Position numbers and translations under genes: made by a program. Positions 60,036-64,000 of a DNA stretch of 64,000 nt are shown here, one piece after another (position 1 is the first letter of the stretch; each line of letters opens with the position of its first letter). Source of the DNA: the human T2T-CHM13v2.0 reference genome, Homo sapiens; assembly GCF_009914755.1 (NCBI RefSeq), contig NC_060928.1; one strand, given 5' to 3'. The notes under the pieces are model-generated. The model did not search any database. It was not told the origin of the DNA and saw nothing but the letters and a program-made list of their open reading frames with translations.

Positions 60036-60987
60036 GGAGCGACTGCAGACCACTGGTCTTATGAGGAATGGGACCTCTCAGCTGCTGGAAGGCCTACCTA
60101 GGTGGTGACAGGGCCAGCAGAGGAGAGACTCACCAGGACACTGCACTGCAGCCGAGCTTGCATCTGTGCAGCTAAGGCAGCCAGAGCCTGGGAAACTCTC
60201 GGCACCCATTTTAGCCCAACCCTGGTCTTTGCTGGTGAGGGTCCTGGGGAAGTCACCTCCAGAGGCCACGTGAGCCAAGTGACAGGGGCAGATGGAGCCA
60301 GGGCCCTTGGTCCCTTCTACACAATCCAGATGAGGTTACACATGTTTCATTCCAAAAAGAGAATGCAGTATTAGTGTTCTGATTAGCAGGTTAACTTGCA
60401 CAAGGCAGTCATGTCAACAGGGCAAAGGCACCATCTCGTTCAACCTGCCAAGCTCAGTGTGGCACTGCCCATCTGTTAGCTCCTTAACTGTCACGACAAC
60501 CTGTTAAGGGCACAGCATTACCATCATTATCATCGTTCCCACTTTACAGGTAATAAAACTGGCTCAGAAAGGTTAAGTGACTTGCCCAAGGTCACCCAGC
60601 CAGGAGCCAGGTGTGGGACCCAAGTGTTCCCCATTCCAAAGCCTGGGTCCCTAACCATCAAGGACTCTCTTGAATCCAAAGCCACTCACTGCCACTCCCT
60701 CCCATCACCAAAGAAAGCACATCTGTACTAGCCTGCGAGCAGCAAGGCTTCCAGGCAAAGCCTCATCATGACCATGTGAGGCCACAGCATCAGACACGGG
60801 AAGATGCTGGGAACATCTGGTTCTGTTGTCTGCTAATCAAATCCAGCTTCAGGGTTTGACATGACTCTCAACAGAAGAAAACAGCTGTACCCATGAGAGC
60901 TGCCAGCCCAGGGTTCTGCAGAGTTCAGACCCTGAGGCTCCCACGATGGAGGCTGTGTTAGTTTCCTGTGGCTGCTGTGATAAGTCA

Positions 60988-63632
<2,645 letters not shown>

Positions 63633-64000
63633 TACCACAAACTTGGTGGCTTAAAACAACAGATTTGTATTCTCTCGCAGTTCTGGAGGCCAGAAGTCAA
63701 AATTCCTTATCACTGGGCCAAAATGAAAGGGTCAGCACCTCCTCACTCCACCCCAAGGCTCTAGCAGAGTCCACTCTCACCTCCCCCAGCTCCTGAGGGC
63801 TGCCGGCATTTCTGGGTTCGCGGACGCATCACTCTGCCCTCCACTCCACTTTCACGTCACCTCCTGGGTACCTGTCCAGTCTCCCTGTGCCTCACTCTTA
63901 GAAGGATCCTGGTCCCACTCAGAAAACTCAGGATGAGCTCCTCCTCTGAAAGTTCTCTATCACATCTTCTGCCACATAAGGTATATTCACAGGTTCCAAG
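63633..64000 (-). mobile_element. MLT1-type LTR (remainder; its other end is at 60954-60987) disrupted by Tigger1
   Basis: tgtgttagtttcctgtggctgctgtgataagt(c/t)a | ccacaaacttggtggcttaaaacaac rejoins into a continuous MLT1 end. Confidence 0.8.

Overview
Human (or closely related primate) genomic DNA from the 5' part of JAKMIP1 (Marlin-1), which is transcribed on the minus strand. The window holds the first coding exon (10762-10487, ATG at 10615) and the next exon (3732-3238, in a CpG island). Together they encode the first 208 aa of the coiled-coil protein. The rest is intronic: Alus, MaLR/ERVL/ERV1 LTRs, a MER11 solo LTR with a 6-bp TSD, old L1 fragments, a near full-length Tigger1 and several tandem repeats. 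Nearly all other ORFs in the track are repeat or antisense artefacts. I found no new multi-gene system. The observations that most deserve follow-up are: (i) local patchwork templated-insertion scars, including a 164-bp inverted duplication stitched to a copy of an LTR junction; (ii) tandem repeats that spell splice signals on the JAKMIP1 sense strand (a branch-point-like array before the CpG-island exon, about 15 5'-splice-site consensus copies, and a 1.5-kb UG-rich array); (iii) a strong-Kozak uORF in the 5'UTR; (iv) a candidate 48-nt 5'UTR cassette exon. Repeat family names were assigned from memory of consensus sequences and need RepeatMasker/Dfam confirmation.
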